28,256 nt of DNA from a virus (taxonomy: Duplodnaviria > Caudoviricetes). The translations under genes and the position numbers were made by a program. Below, piece after piece: positions 17,441 to 26,283 of this stretch. The notes under the pieces were generated by a model. It made no database searches and was not told the origin of the DNA. It saw only the letters and a program-made list of their open reading frames with translations. Every line of letters begins with the position of its first letter. The stretch's first letter is position 1. The stretch covers positions 1 to 28,256 of IMG/VR virus record IMGVR_UViG_3300036982_000017; one strand, 5' to 3'.

Positions 17441-17961
17441 TTGCGAATTGGGAGAAGGCGTTCGCCGCGGTGCTGAAGCATGAGGGGGGATGGTCCATGC
17501 ACCCCAAAGACCCCGGGGGGATGACAAATTTAGGCGTAACGAAGAAGGCATGGGAAGCCTACGTCGAGAAGCCGGTCGGTGAGGCCGAGATGCGTGCTCT
17601 GACACCGGAGATCGTGAAGCCATTCTACAAGCGGCAGTACTGGGACAAGATCAAGGGCGACGATCTGCCTGACGGCGTCGACTACGCCGTCTACGATCTC
17701 GCGGTGAACTCAGGCGTAGGTCGTGCATCCAAGATGTTGCAGGAGGCCGTTGGGGCGACCGCTGACGGTATGATCGGCAAGGGTACGCTCGCAGCCGTGG
17801 CCCAGCACCCGCCAGACCACGTCGTCAAGCTAATCTCAAACGCACGCCTCGACTTCCTCCAGCGCCTATCGACGTTCGATACGTTCGGCAAGGGTTGGAC
17901 CAGACGCGTAAATGAGGTACAAGTAGCGGCATCAGAACTCGCTCGATCAGGGGTTGCATAA
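17437..17961 (+). CDS. Endolysin, glycoside hydrolase family 108 with PG-binding C-terminus
   Basis: HEGGW...HPKDPGGMTNLGVT (EGGY-type motif), YWD, D.AVNSG, DGMIGKGT, FGKGWTRR; ATG 17437. Confidence 0.92.
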   Translation: MIANWEKAFAAVLKHEGGWSMHPKDPGGMTNLGVTKKAWEAYVEKPVGEAEMRALTPEIVKPFYKRQYWDKIKGDDLPDGVDYAVYDLAVNSGVGRASKMLQEAVGATADGMIGKGTLAAVAQHPPDHVVKLISNARLDFLQRLSTFDTFGKGWTRRVNEVQVAASELARSGVA

Positions 17962-19916
17962 TGCCGCTTGTCCCGATACCCGTCCCGCCCGGAGTAATCA
18001 AGCCAGCGACACCGTTGCAGGCCAAGGGACGCTATTGGGATTCCAACCTCGTCAGGTGGCAGAGCAACAAGTTGCTGCCGGTCGGCGGTTGGCAGCGCAT
18101 TAACTCGACGCCCCTCGACAGCCAGATACGGACGATCTTCTCGTGGGCGACGAACGACGGATTGAAGCTGTCGCTCGTTGGCTGCAACGACGACCTGTAC
18201 ACGTTAGAGAGTTCGACATACGTTAACATCACCCCGGCGTCGTACATCGGTCCAGAGAATTCGCTGTACGGTGGGTATGGGGCAAGCGACTACGGTGAGC
18301 TGCTCTACGGACTGGACTACGCCTCGCACGTCATAACGGTAGCAGTGAGAACCTCCAACGTCGCCACGATAACGACAGCCGAGGCGCACTCGTACCCCGT
18401 CGGCATGAGCGTATTAATCGCTGGCGTTTCCGCGGCTAGTTTCGATGGCACGTTCACGATCACGTCTGTCCCGACGACGACGACATTTACCTATGCCAAT
18501 GCGGGTGGCAATACCTCGTCATCTGGCGGGACGGCATCTCTACCGGTCGCAGATCGCAGGCCGGTCGATCCGTTCTTCATTCCGTCATTCTCATGGACAA
18601 TCGACAACTGGGGCGAGGAAGCTCTAGCTGTAGCGTCGTCGGACGGTCGCCTGCTTCACTGGGAGTACGGCGACGCTCTAGCCAAGCAAGTTGGCGTAGC
18701 CACAATCTCGACAGCCGTCAGCGCGACAAACGTCACGACAATCACGACCACGAAGGACCACGATCTGCACGTCGGGGACAGCGTCATCATCGCCGGTGTA
18801 ACCAACAGCGCATTTGATGGCACGTATGTCGTCACCACAACGGCGACGGCAACGACTTTCACATACGCGCACGTCACGGCTGACGCGACATCATCTGGCG
18901 GTACTTCGACGAACCCTGCGGTCCCGACAAATAATCGCGGCGTCATCGTCACGCCTGAACGGTTTGCCGTCTGCTTTGGCTGCGACGGTGAATCGCGCCG
19001 CGTCGGCTGGAGCGGTCAGGAGGACTACACGGAGTGGAACTTCTCGTCTGCGACTACGACAGCCGGGTTCCTCGACCTCGACACGCAGTCGAAGATCGTC
19101 ATGGCTGCCCCGGTGCGCGAGGGTACGCTGATCTTCACCGAGGAAGAAGTCTGGTTGCTGAAGTATATCGGCCTGCCGTACATCTACGGCTGTGAGCGGA
19201 TCGGCTTCGGCTGCGGCTTGATCGCGCCCAAGGCGTTTGCGACATTCTCAGGGCGCTGCATCTGGATGTCGACGAATGGCTTCTGGATATTCGACGGCGG
19301 CTACGTCAAGCCTCTCCCGTCTGACGTCGGCGAGTACGTGTTGCAGGACATGGACCCAGCCGCCCGGCAACTCTACACGCACGGGTCAGAGAACGGCACG
19401 TTCAATGAGGTGTGGTTCTGGTATCCGTCCACCGGCAACTCGATCCCAGATCAATACGTCTGCTACAACTATATGGAGGGCTGGTGGGCGCTCGGCGCGA
19501 TGACGCGCACGGCTGCGTCTCCGTCGGGCATCTACCCATACCCGATAGCGTCAGACGGTGACAATTACCTGTACTTCCACGAAAACGGCTGGACTGCCGC
19601 AGGGGCGTCACTGATTGGCTACCGCTACGCCGAGACGGGATCGCTGAACTTGGCGAACGGCGAGACGTTGATGACGGTGAAGCAGGCGATAACCGATTCC
19701 GGCTACGGCTACGCATCGACTGAGCTGACGTTCTACGCCTCCACGACGCCGGAAGCCGCAGAGACTACGGCTGGTCCGTACACGCCACGATCAAGCGGCT
19801 ACACGGACATCCGCGTCACTGGAAGAGAAGTGCGATATCGGGTAGAAGCGACCGAGGACGCACCGTGGTCTGTCGGCGACATCCGCCTAGACCTGACGCC
19901 AAGAGGCAGACGATGA
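17961..19916 (+). CDS. Tail tubular protein B / nozzle (P22 gp10-like beta-propeller) with two inserted beta domains
   Basis: PPGV, WDSNLVRW, WSGQEDY, CGLIAP, FWIFDG, EVWFWYP, YNY.EGWW; contains duplicated ATITT..H...VG.SV.IAGV....FDGT.......TTFTY units. Confidence 0.75.
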   Translation: MPLVPIPVPPGVIKPATPLQAKGRYWDSNLVRWQSNKLLPVGGWQRINSTPLDSQIRTIFSWATNDGLKLSLVGCNDDLYTLESSTYVNITPASYIGPENSLYGGYGASDYGELLYGLDYASHVITVAVRTSNVATITTAEAHSYPVGMSVLIAGVSAASFDGTFTITSVPTTTTFTYANAGGNTSSSGGTASLPVADRRPVDPFFIPSFSWTIDNWGEEALAVASSDGRLLHWEYGDALAKQVGVATISTAVSATNVTTITTTKDHDLHVGDSVIIAGVTNSAFDGTYVVTTTATATTFTYAHVTADATSSGGTSTNPAVPTNNRGVIVTPERFAVCFGCDGESRRVGWSGQEDYTEWNFSSATTTAGFLDLDTQSKIVMAAPVREGTLIFTEEEVWLLKYIGLPYIYGCERIGFGCGLIAPKAFATFSGRCIWMSTNGFWIFDGGYVKPLPSDVGEYVLQDMDPAARQLYTHGSENGTFNEVWFWYPSTGNSIPDQYVCYNYMEGWWALGAMTRTAASPSGIYPYPIASDGDNYLYFHENGWTAAGASLIGYRYAETGSLNLANGETLMTVKQAITDSGYGYASTELTFYASTTPEAAETTAGPYTPRSSGYTDIRVTGREVRYRVEATEDAPWSVGDIRLDLTPRGRR

Positions 19917-20128
19917 AGTTCAACATTCCAACGCCACCAGATAATTACAACGCCTCCAATATGGCTTCAGCTTTCGAGAGCATCAAGCAGGCCATGGGCG
20001 AGGCCATCTCGCCTACGCAGTCAGTTGGTGGTATCATGTTGCAGTCACCGGATGGCTCGGTTTACCGGATCACAGTGAGCAACGCCGGGGTGCTGACGTC
20101 AACGGCGGTGCCGCTTGGTATTAGGTGA
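19913..20128 (+). CDS. Small tail-associated protein (LQSPDG..YRITVSN.G.L motif)
   Basis: ATG 19913 overlaps the previous stop; motif typical of trimeric needle/fibre ends. Confidence 0.6.
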   Translation: MKFNIPTPPDNYNASNMASAFESIKQAMGEAISPTQSVGGIMLQSPDGSVYRITVSNAGVLTSTAVPLGIR

Positions 20129-20477
20129 AGATAAAATCATCGCGCTTATGGAGCGCGGCCTAGCTAGGAGCGGATCGACGCACGATCTGGATGACGTGAT
20201 CCAGTGCCTGCGTGATGGTACGATGCAGGCGATCTGGAACGACGGTGCCGTCATCGTCACCCAGATCGGTGAATATCCACGCAGGCGCGTGATCGACGTG
20301 TTTCTGTGTGCCGGTGATCTCGACAGCGTCTTGGCTCTGCGCCCTGAGCTGCTCGATCTGGCAAAGAGACACGGGTGCGACTACGGTCGTGCGTATGTGA
20401 GGCACGGATTGGTTAAGCCTCTTCAGGAGGCGGGTTGGAAGACGGTGCAGACCGTCATGATGTTTGAGATGGAGTAA
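20115..20477 (+). CDS. Putative GNAT-like virion assembly protein
   Basis: IVTQI..YPR, FL.AGDL, AK..GC....R.G pattern; position before ejection proteins like P22 gp14/T7 gp13. Start uncertain (20115 TTG or 20148 ATG). Confidence 0.55.
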   Translation: MVLGEDKIIALMERGLARSGSTHDLDDVIQCLRDGTMQAIWNDGAVIVTQIGEYPRRRVIDVFLCAGDLDSVLALRPELLDLAKRHGCDYGRAYVRHGLVKPLQEAGWKTVQTVMMFEME

Positions 20478-20481
20478 GGCA

Positions 20482-21594
20482 ATGGGTGGCAGCAGTCCGC
20501 AAGTGACGACGTCGAAGCAGGAACTTCCAGCGTGGCTGGAGCAGCCGACGCGTGAGAACATCGCAATCGCGGACGCAATCGCCAAGCGACCGTTTGAGCA
20601 GTACGGTGGCCAGACCACTGCCGGTCTGTCGCCAGACCAGATCGCATCGTACAACATGACACGCGAGAACGTCGGCGCATATCAACCGGCGTACGGTGCA
20701 GCTCTCGGTACTACGGCTTCCGTCGCGGGATACCAACCCGGCACGTTCACGGGAGGCGATATCGGGGCGTACATGAACCCATACCTCCAGAACGTCGAGG
20801 CCAACGCTCTAAGTGGTCTGGAAGCGCAGCGGCTCAAGGCGCAGCAGGGCATCGCTCAGAGCGCTCGCACAGCCGGAGCGTTCGGCGGTTCGCGTCAGGG
20901 TATTGCTGAAGCACTGTCGAACGTCGAGACTGCGCGGCAGGCAGGCGATCTCAGTGCGAAGATACGCTCTCAGGGTTACGACACGGCGGCAAACTTAATG
21001 CAGACCGATATGGACCGCGCACTTCAGGGGCAGCAGCTTCGGCTTCAGGCTGGTGGGCAGTTGTCCGACATTGCCGGTGCCGGTCAACGCGCACTCTACG
21101 CGGACGCGGCGGCTCTGGAGAACATCGGCAAGTCGCAGCAGGGCCAGCAGCAGGCGCTTCTCAATGACGCGTACCAGAGATACCAAGCCGAGCGGAACTA
21201 CCCGATTGATATGCTCAACCTCCGCATCGGTGCCACGTCTGCCGTGCCGGGTGTCGGGACGACGACGCAGTCAACGTCTGGCGGCGGCAATTCGATGCTG
21301 TCGTTTCTCGGTGGGCTTGGTTCAGCCGGGAGTGGGTTGGCTAGTTTGCTGCCTCTGTTCGGGGCATCCGACGAGGGCATGAAGACCGACATCACCAAGA
21401 TGGGCAAGGACAAGGAGACGGGCCTCGACCTGTACGCATACCGCTACAAGGGCGATCCTAAGTCGTATCCGAAGGTGGTCGGGCCGATGGCTCAGGACAT
21501 CGAGAAGAAATTTCCCGATCAGGTAAAAGACATCGGCGGTCGCAAGGCTGTCAACCTCGGGTTCGGGCCAATGCGCCGTGCGTTTGCGGCATAA
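20482..21594 (+). CDS. DNA ejection/pilot-like protein with C-terminal intramolecular chaperone (Peptidase S74-like) domain
   Basis: MGGSS, YMNPY, AGAFGGSRQG, Q/A/G-rich body; C-terminal SDEGMKTDI...YAYRY...GPMAQDIEKKFPDQV. Confidence 0.75.
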   Translation: MGGSSPQVTTSKQELPAWLEQPTRENIAIADAIAKRPFEQYGGQTTAGLSPDQIASYNMTRENVGAYQPAYGAALGTTASVAGYQPGTFTGGDIGAYMNPYLQNVEANALSGLEAQRLKAQQGIAQSARTAGAFGGSRQGIAEALSNVETARQAGDLSAKIRSQGYDTAANLMQTDMDRALQGQQLRLQAGGQLSDIAGAGQRALYADAAALENIGKSQQGQQQALLNDAYQRYQAERNYPIDMLNLRIGATSAVPGVGTTTQSTSGGGNSMLSFLGGLGSAGSGLASLLPLFGASDEGMKTDITKMGKDKETGLDLYAYRYKGDPKSYPKVVGPMAQDIEKKFPDQVKDIGGRKAVNLGFGPMRRAFAA

Positions 21595-21604
21595 GGAGAG
21601 CGAA

Positions 21605-22150
21605 ATGAGTATACTCAGCGACATTGGTTCAATGTTTGGCGGCGGCGGATACCAGAATCAAGGCCGTGGCTCTGGTGTTGTGGATCGTTACGACAGCTAT
21701 GGTGCTGGTGGTGTCTACAACTCATATGGCCCGTACGGGAACTTGAGCCAATCCGAGTACAAGTCGCAGTATGGCGGTCGTGATCCCGCACCCGTAGATC
21801 GCTCAGGCGATCAGGGCGGCGGTGGAAGTAGTGGCGGCGGCAAAGCCAAGCCGAAGACCATCGACGAGCTGATGGCTGAGTTCGACGTGTCGCAGTATGT
21901 TCCAACGGCACCGGCGACAAGCTATATGCCATTCTATAACGCAATCCCGCTGGACTACAGCAACACCGCGGGGCCGCAGTCTCCCGCGACGCAGATGGAC
22001 TACGGCCAGATGGTGCAGCAGTCGCTTCTTGCGGCACCGCAGCCGTCTATGCCGTCCGGTATCCTCGGCCCGTCAATGCAGACGCAGACGCCTCTTACGG
22101 CACCGATCAGCTATGAGGACTTCCTGCGCTACTACCGGGGTGGTCAGTGA
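21605..22150 (+). CDS. Low-complexity G/Y/P/Q-rich internal virion protein
   Basis: RBS AAGGAG before ATG 21605; located among ejection genes. Confidence 0.6.
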   Translation: MSILSDIGSMFGGGGYQNQGRGSGVVDRYDSYGAGGVYNSYGPYGNLSQSEYKSQYGGRDPAPVDRSGDQGGGGSSGGGKAKPKTIDELMAEFDVSQYVPTAPATSYMPFYNAIPLDYSNTAGPQSPATQMDYGQMVQQSLLAAPQPSMPSGILGPSMQTQTPLTAPISYEDFLRYYRGGQ

Positions 22151-22953
22151 TGGACCCAATACTCAAGCGCCTGCTCGAAGCTATCGCGGCACCGGAGAGC
22201 GGTGGCCGCTACAACGTGCGCTACACGCCGAAGGGCGGCGCTGAGTTCTCTGGCTATGGTCAGCACCCACGCATATTCGAACCCGGCCCAGCAGGCCCGT
22301 CATCGGCTGCGGGGAAGTATCAGATCACGGCTTCAACATACGACAGGCTCGGTGGCGGCTCGTTCACGCCAGAGGCGCAGGACGAGATGGCCGCTCGCTT
22401 GGCGGTGCAGGATTACAAGGCGCGGACAAACAGGGACTTGGTGGCAGACCTTCAGGCTGAGGGTTTATCATCACGCATACTGGGTGCGCTTTCACCGACA
22501 TGGACGGGCTTGAAAGATAACCCTAGCAAGGCCGTCTCGGCATACCAAGCCGCAGCACCGGCGTCGCAATACGCAGCCGCAGGCGAGAAGCCAGAGTATT
22601 ACCAGCAGTCGATCCCGTCTCGCGCTGTGATACCGCAGACCATGATGGCGTCAGCACAGCCAACCGAAGCAGCAGCAGCCACTACGCAACCCGTCTACGC
22701 GCAAGACCTCGCGACGACGCTGCGCCTGATCGGCAGCAAGATTGCGCCGGGGTCTATCGACGCACCCGTGCCGATGACGCCGGAGCAGCAGGCTGCGTCT
22801 AAGGTGCAGCAGGGGCGGATCACGGACGCCGGTAAGTCGTTCGCGCAGCTCGCGGCGCTGTCGGCGCAGCAAGACCCGGTAGAGATGCTGCGGCAATTTG
22901 ATTTCCAGAGGCGCAAGCCTCCGGTGCTACAATACCCTCGCGGACTGCTTTAA
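22150..22953 (+). CDS. Virion-associated muramidase / lytic transglycosylase (lambda R / GH104-like N-terminal domain)
   Basis: IAAPESGGRYNV, SSAAGKYQI..STYD, FTPEAQD, LSPTWTGL; A/Q/P-rich tail. Confidence 0.8.
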   Translation: MDPILKRLLEAIAAPESGGRYNVRYTPKGGAEFSGYGQHPRIFEPGPAGPSSAAGKYQITASTYDRLGGGSFTPEAQDEMAARLAVQDYKARTNRDLVADLQAEGLSSRILGALSPTWTGLKDNPSKAVSAYQAAAPASQYAAAGEKPEYYQQSIPSRAVIPQTMMASAQPTEAAAATTQPVYAQDLATTLRLIGSKIAPGSIDAPVPMTPEQQAASKVQQGRITDAGKSFAQLAALSAQQDPVEMLRQFDFQRRKPPVLQYPRGLL

Positions 22954-22964
22954 GGAGACACGAC

Positions 22965-24482
22965 ATGGGAATTCTCGATTTCTTCACCGGCGGCGGCGAG
23001 TACGCAGACCCGAACGCAATCGACGAGCGCTACGGCGTCTCCAAGGGCGACGTGCGTCAGGCTGCGCTGAACACTCTCGGCAACGTGTCCGGGCTGCTCT
23101 TGGCTGCCGGCCAGCCGATGAGCGGATCGCAGCGTGCGCAGTTGCTCGGCCAGCTTGGCCCGGCGTTCGGTGGTGCGCAGACGGACATCTATAACGCGGC
23201 ACAGCGACGCCTGCTCGGTGCGGAGAACGAGCAGAAGATGGCGCAGATGCAGCAGATGAAGTCTCTCGCCGACGAGATGAAAGACCCGGCAGCGTTTGCG
23301 GCCAAGTACGGATTCAACCCGAGCGGTCTGCCGCCACAGGCCGTGTCGGAAATACTTACTAAGCAGCTCACGACTAGGGCTTTGGAGACGGACGTCGACC
23401 GTAAGGTGAAAGATTTGCTTAGGGGCATTGGTACTGGGCCGGCTGCGGCACCTGTTGGAGATGGTACTGTCCCGACAGGAGACGCTACGGTGGGCGGTAT
23501 GCCCCCAGCAGAAGGCGCTGGGAGGGATTACGAAACATATATGAAAGCCGCTAAATTTTTTGCGGCAGAAGGGCGTATCGATGACGCAAAGCAGATGTAC
23601 GATATGGCCGCAAAGGTTAAGCCTGAAGCTGCCAAGCCGCAGCAGACGCAAATCGTAAACGGGACGCTGTACACATATAATGACGCAGAAGGCGCGTGGG
23701 AAGAGACTATCTCGGCTGACGAAAAGGAAAGAGAGAGAGTAATAGTCGGAGATATCGTATACGAGTTCAACCGAAGCACTCGCCAGTGGGAAAAGGTAAT
23801 TGAGGCAGACACGACAGCGAAAACAAAGGCCGCCGCATTTGCTGCCGCTCAACCTCTCCGTGCTGAGTTTATAGCTTTGCCAGCAGTCAAGACATTCACC
23901 GAATCACAGCGCAACTTGAACGTCATCACAGACATCGCAAAACGCGCAAACGGTGGTGAAGCCGGTATCGGCACAGGCGTAAACGACATCACGCTCGTCT
24001 ATAACTTCTTCAAGACACTCGACCCGACGTCGGTTGTCCGTGAGAGCGAGTTCGCGACGGTCGGCCAGAAGATGGGCCTGCCATCGCAGATTACTTCAGC
24101 GTTCCAGTCTGTATCGGGTGGCGGGTTCCTGCCACCAGAAATCAGGAATGAGTTGGTCAAGATCGCGGAACAATTCGTCAATGCGCAGTACGGCGACGTC
24201 AAAAGGCTCTCCGATGAGTATTCTAGAATGGCGACGACTATGGGGATCGACCCGAGCCTCGTCGTTCTTAACTTGAGGTCCGCGCAACCACAGCCGCCAA
24301 ACTCTGAACAGCCAACGGAAGAAGAGTTAGTTACGGGTGGCGCTAGCCTTGTCGATAAAATTAAGGCGACGACAAATCTCAAAGAACTTTTTGATATGGG
24401 GGTAAATGCTGAGGCGTGGGACAATGCCACGAAGGCGGCATATGCGGCTCGGTTGAAGCAACTCAATTCAGGAGGGAATTGA
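22965..24482 (+). CDS. Internal virion / DNA ejection protein
   Basis: MGILD N-terminus, helical body, D.TLVYNFFKTLDPTSVVRESEF motif; RBS AAGGAG. Confidence 0.65.
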   Translation: MGILDFFTGGGEYADPNAIDERYGVSKGDVRQAALNTLGNVSGLLLAAGQPMSGSQRAQLLGQLGPAFGGAQTDIYNAAQRRLLGAENEQKMAQMQQMKSLADEMKDPAAFAAKYGFNPSGLPPQAVSEILTKQLTTRALETDVDRKVKDLLRGIGTGPAAAPVGDGTVPTGDATVGGMPPAEGAGRDYETYMKAAKFFAAEGRIDDAKQMYDMAAKVKPEAAKPQQTQIVNGTLYTYNDAEGAWEETISADEKERERVIVGDIVYEFNRSTRQWEKVIEADTTAKTKAAAFAAAQPLRAEFIALPAVKTFTESQRNLNVITDIAKRANGGEAGIGTGVNDITLVYNFFKTLDPTSVVRESEFATVGQKMGLPSQITSAFQSVSGGGFLPPEIRNELVKIAEQFVNAQYGDVKRLSDEYSRMATTMGIDPSLVVLNLRSAQPQPPNSEQPTEEELVTGGASLVDKIKATTNLKELFDMGVNAEAWDNATKAAYAARLKQLNSGGN

Positions 24483-24483
24483 T

Positions 24484-26184
24484 ATGGCTGTTGATTACAA
24501 TAAGCTAATCCGCGACCAACGCGCTCTTGCCGCACGCAAGCTGGCCAACCGATCGCTGCCCGAGGAGTTGCTGCGTCAGGGTGGCTTAACTACGCGTGCG
24601 CTGGCTGTCCCTGCCGGTGGGGCTATGCTTGGTGCCGCCATGGGCGCACCGTTTATGGGTGTTGGCGCAATACCCGGGGCAATCGCCGGGGCTACGGCTG
24701 CATCTCTCGCAGAACCAATCTCGAACCTCGGGACGTCGATCTACAACTACTTCAGCGGCGCGAACCAGCCAACGGCGACGCAGACCATCGAGCAGGGTCT
24801 GACGAGCATGGGCCTGCCGCAGCCTGAGACGGCCACGGAGCGCGTCGTGCAGAGTGCGTCGCGTGCTCTGACAGATGCCGCCACAGGCGCTGCCGCAGCT
24901 CGTGGGGTTGCTAGTGCGTTACCGCAATTCACTGCCGGCAAGAGTGTCATGCAGACGCTTGCGGCAGAGCCGGGTGCGCAGGCTGCGTCGTCGGCTATCG
25001 GTGCAACCGTCGGTCAGGGTGCCGTCGAGCAGGGTATGTCACCAGCATTGGCTATGCCTTTGGGTATGCTTGCCGGGGCTGCGCCATATGTCAGGCCGAC
25101 GGCTATCGTTCCGCCATCTGGCGGCCCTGAACGGTCACGTCAGGTGGGTATGTTGCAGGAGCGCGGCGTCCCGCTTACGCCAGCCTCGGAGACGGGTAGT
25201 CCGTTCTTGAGCACTATGGAGAGCGTGATGAAGTTCCTGCCGACGTCTGCGACACGCGCAGTCTCAGCCGAGGACTTGCAGCAGCGTGGGTTTACGAGGG
25301 CGGTATTCAAGCAGGCTGGCCTCGATAGCGACATCGCGACGCCAGAAGCACTGCGGCAAGGGAGAACCAAGCTCGGCAAGGAGTATGACGATTTAGAAGC
25401 GCAGACGACATTTAAGGGCGATGAACAGACATTTGACGACTTGCTTAGAAATGAGCAGGACTACGTCGTCGGATTCCCTGACACAATCAAGCCAATCTAC
25501 AAGGCTCGCGTCGATGAAATCCTGAAGTATGCAGCCGGTGAGAAGACTGGCGATGGTAGCACCTACAAACGCTTGCAGAGTGCGTTGTCGGAGGAGGCGT
25601 CACGCGCTGAGCGCAGCACGGACCCGTCAGCCGGTTACTACGGCGAGGCAATGCGTGGGCTGCAACGTATTCTTGAGAGCACTATGGAACGGTCTGCCGG
25701 TGGCCCGGAGCTGAAAGATAAGTGGCGCGACCTGAACCGGCGATACGCCGTGTTCTCGCGCATCGAGGACGCGATGGGGACAGCCGGGCAGGATAAGCTC
25801 GGGACAGGGTTTATCCCGCCGGCACAACTTGCTGCGGCTGAACGCAGGCGGATCGGGCCGCAGCAGTACGCAGAAGGTGGCACGGATTTCACTGAGCTTG
25901 TCCGTGCCGGTGCGTCCGTCATCCCGAACCCCGTACCAAATAGCGGCACGGCGCAGCGCAGTTTCGTGCAGAACTTGCTGACAGGTGCTCGGTCGAGCGC
26001 TGCGCCAACGGCTGCTGGTGGCGCTGTGGGTGGCGTGCTCGGCTTCGATCCCGTGAGCATTCTGGCGGCTCTTGGTGGGCCATATGCGACATCTAAGGGG
26101 TATTACGGTCGCAAGATACCGCTGCCGGTTCTCGGCCTGCTCGGCGCTCAAGCTGGGCGCGGTGCTATGGAAGACCGCCGCTAA
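24484..26184 (+). CDS. Large internal virion / DNA ejection protein with Gly/Ala-rich hydrophobic segments
   Basis: GAMLGAAMGAP..GAIAGA, LPQPET..ER, PNSGTAQR; last gene of the late operon. Confidence 0.65.
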   Translation: MAVDYNKLIRDQRALAARKLANRSLPEELLRQGGLTTRALAVPAGGAMLGAAMGAPFMGVGAIPGAIAGATAASLAEPISNLGTSIYNYFSGANQPTATQTIEQGLTSMGLPQPETATERVVQSASRALTDAATGAAAARGVASALPQFTAGKSVMQTLAAEPGAQAASSAIGATVGQGAVEQGMSPALAMPLGMLAGAAPYVRPTAIVPPSGGPERSRQVGMLQERGVPLTPASETGSPFLSTMESVMKFLPTSATRAVSAEDLQQRGFTRAVFKQAGLDSDIATPEALRQGRTKLGKEYDDLEAQTTFKGDEQTFDDLLRNEQDYVVGFPDTIKPIYKARVDEILKYAAGEKTGDGSTYKRLQSALSEEASRAERSTDPSAGYYGEAMRGLQRILESTMERSAGGPELKDKWRDLNRRYAVFSRIEDAMGTAGQDKLGTGFIPPAQLAAAERRRIGPQQYAEGGTDFTELVRAGASVIPNPVPNSGTAQRSFVQNLLTGARSSAAPTAAGGAVGGVLGFDPVSILAALGGPYATSKGYYGRKIPLPVLGLLGAQAGRGAMEDRR

Positions 26185-26187
26185 CTC

Positions 26188-26196
26188 TGCTACAAT
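26188..26196 (+). promoter_or_regulatory. Extended -10 promoter element TGnTACAAT
   Basis: TGCTACAAT starting 4 nt after the stop of the last late gene; no good -35. Confidence 0.5.
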
Positions 26197-26198
26197 CC

Positions 26199-26280
26199 CG
26201 CCACTCGTTGATCAGGCGAGCGGCGTTGAGAGATGTCTCCGTCAGCCCCACCGGTGCCTCCCGCCCGGTGGGGCTTTTTC
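26199..26280 (+). ncRNA. Candidate ~80-nt small RNA with two anti-SD motifs, ending in an intrinsic terminator
   Basis: Own extended -10; 5' hairpin CGCCACTCG/CGAGCGGCG (one mismatch); linker TGTCTCCG; terminator loop TGCCTCCCGC. Confidence 0.45.
26244..26280 (+). terminator. Rho-independent terminator ending the late operon
   Basis: 11-bp perfect stem AGCCCCACCGG/CCGGTGGGGCT, 10-nt loop, followed by TTTTC. Confidence 0.9.
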
Positions 26281-26283
26281 GTG

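Noticed and set aside
26199-26280. tRNA
   Set aside because: Right length, but no cloverleaf, TTCGA T-loop or CCA.
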